A stretch of DNA of 64,000 nucleotides from Paramoeba atlantica (Eukaryota > Protista > Discosea): positions 1 to 64,000 of the forward strand of contig CDRNVI010000160.1 in NCBI GenBank assembly GCA_977017575.1, written 5' to 3'. This document shows, in pieces, positions 61,901 to 64,000 of this stretch; positions within the stretch are counted from its first letter, which is position 1, and each line of letters starts with the position of its first letter. A program made the translations under genes and the position numbers. The notes under the pieces were generated by a model. That model worked only from the letters and a program-made list of their open reading frames with translations. It was not told the DNA's origin and did no database searches.

Positions 61901-64000
61901 ATCTGCTTGTATCAAAGTAGAAGGACGAGAAGCAGGAGAAGATGGGACAGAGGAAGAAGGAGAAGAAGAAGCTGGAGAATGAGGAGGGGAAGAGGAAGGG
62001 GAGGAAGATGGGGAAGATGGAGAAAGGAGTGAAGAAGAGGGAAAAGTTGGAGAAGAAGATGCTGAAGAGGTAAATTCTTTCTCTTTTTTCAAAGAACTTT
62101 CACTCTGATTTTCGTCTTCTCCGAGCTCCAAATAATCAGAAAGTTGAGAAGTCGAACCAGACCGATATTGAAAGGGAGTTGGATCTTCTTTTGGATTTGG
62201 TCTTATTTGGGACGAAGGAGAAGAATGTTTTGGGGGTGTGAGGCCACGTTTAAAAACAGGTGTGTCAGATGATGATCCTATCTCTGATGTTGTGGTGTAG
62301 GATGATCGGGGGGATAGCATTCGGGGAGGCCTAACCGGAGGTGTGGTGATCGTCGTTTGAGAAGATGATGAGCCAGCAGAATGTGTAAAAGTGCGTTTCG
62401 ACCCCCGTAATGAGGGTGGTGTTGTTAATTCTTCTGCTGATGATGATGGTTGGGGAGACACAGATCGGTATGTTGGGGCTGCCCCCGTTGGGCCCAATGA
62501 GGGTGTTGATGATGATGATGACGATGATGATGACGATGATGATGTTGATGATGATGTTGCTAATGATGTTGGTTGTGTTGAGGTCGAGGAAGAAGAAGAA
62601 GAAGAAGAAGAAACTGCAAATGCTGCAGTGAAAGCTGGTGCTGGAGATGATTCATCATCAGAAGGGGCAGATCGTCTGCCAATTGTACCTAAACTACTCT
62701 GAGACTCTGATGTTCGAGTGAGGCCAAGTCGAGGCGTTGACGCTCCTCGTTGTGAGGACTGGAGTGAAGGTGCAAATGATCTTGACCAAGTCCCTCCTTT
62801 TGGAAAAGCTCTGTTTTGAAAATCAAACAGTGAATCAAACAGCCATTTTATAATATCATATAGTTCATCAAAGTTTCACTTCCAATCGACCAACCAAGCA
62901 AATAATAATAAAAAAATGAATCACAACAAAAACAAACAAAGAATAATAATAAATAAAATACCCATGAAAAGGACGTTCTAAGGATCCAACTTTCAAATGT
63001 GAAACCCCACTCCCCCCATTCCCAATTGTTCCTTGACTTGCTGCTAGAATTCCTGATGAGGTTGTTTCTGACGAAGAAGAAGACGAAGAAATTGAGGGGT
63101 GAGAAAAGAAGTTTGAAGAGCCTGAAATAATTTTTCTTCTCGCAGTAGATACTCCTTTTCCTACCAACATTTTTGAGTCAGGAAAATGTTTTACAAACTC
63201 AGAAATAGCCCAATCAACCCATTTTTCAACCAAAAGATCGGATTTTTCATGTCGCCCCCCAGACCAGTCACTAGAAAGTTCATCAATGATATTCATCTCT
63301 CTCTCTCTCTCTTCCTCTTCTTCTTGCAATGAAGCAACTCGGCGTAATCTTTGACAACATAAATTATAGAGATTAGGTTGTAAGAATTGTCTCCCTTCAG
63401 AACCATCACCTTTCCCACTTTCCTCAGACAACCGATCCAAAGCACAAAACCCTAAGAGACTCTGGCAAGGTTCAAGAGCAATTTGAGCCTCTCTCTTTGT
63501 CGCATCTTCCGCATCAATCGAGCTTGGTTGTGATGAAAACGCAATTAATTGTCGTCGATAAGGCAACAATGAACAAATTGACTCAACGTGTGCATGAGAG
63601 AAAGATCTTTGAGACTCGGAACCAAATGGATTTCGAGAACTTTTAAGTAAAATTCTTGATCCCCATTCTTCAATTACATTTGAAATTTCTGTAACAAGTG
63701 GGTCTTGATGGCAAACTGATGGAAGACAAGTCATCAACAATTCAAGAGGATGTTCGATTACTAGTAAAAAAAAAAATCAATGAGTCTGTTTGTCTTGTGT
63801 GTTCACTTTCGAACAATACTTCCTCTTTTTTTTGTTTTGTTTTGTTTTTCTTTCAATCAGCTGATTAAAAAAAAAAAAAGAAAAATGAAAAAAAGAAAAA
63901 TGAAAAAAAAAAAGAAAGAAACCATCAAAAGGAGTCAAAATAACAAATGTTGTCGGAAAAATTCCAACAATTGGTTTCGCCTTCCTCGTCTCCCCCAAAC
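54318..64000 (-). CDS. DOCK180-related (DOCK-A/B type) Rac GEF, 5'-partial
   Basis: SH3-like GIFPTTFV at the window edge; C2/DHR-1-like exon near 60.1-60.4 kb; DHR-2 motifs GPVENAI and LNGVIDAEVNGGVKKYQEAFF (nucleotide-sensor Val present); TGA at 54318. Confidence 0.88.

Noticed and set aside
58012-62702. Plus-strand Glu/Gly/Asp-rich ORFs (58017..58448, 62391..62702)
   Set aside because: Antisense shadows of the Ser/Pro-rich DOCK exons.

Overview
Left end of a chromosome from an AT-rich, intron-containing unicellular eukaryote using the standard code. The gene content (class C GPCR, Frizzled/Smoothened-like GPCR, DOCK, CUL4) fits an amoebozoan-like protist, but that is inference only. From 1 to ~11.5 kb: an ~800 bp (CCCTAAA)n telomere, an ~180 bp subtelomeric satellite interrupted by a SINE-like insertion with a 17-bp target-site duplication, a decayed Gag and a possible Crypton relic. 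From 11.8 to 30 kb: a receptor block with a giant TOM1-like 7TM protein, a protein of three tandem Venus-flytrap domains ending in a GPI-type signal, and a class C GPCR. From 30.5 to 36.3 kb: the top candidate system, a compact four-gene cluster (nucleotide-sugar transporter, GT-A glycosyltransferase, PglD/NeuD acyltransferase fused to a 2OG-Fe(II) dioxygenase, VioA-like aminotransferase) resembling a bacterial-type N-acyl-4-amino-4,6-dideoxyhexose pathway coupled to Golgi delivery. Beyond that: a MYND protein, a Frizzled-like pseudogene, a 2,000-aa proline-stalk GPS/REJ surface protein, a small 8-Cys secreted peptide ORF, CUL4 and a partial DOCK gene. Most 5' splice sites read GTT/GTC rather than GTRAG. 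Exon models and family calls were made by eye from motifs, with no database searches.
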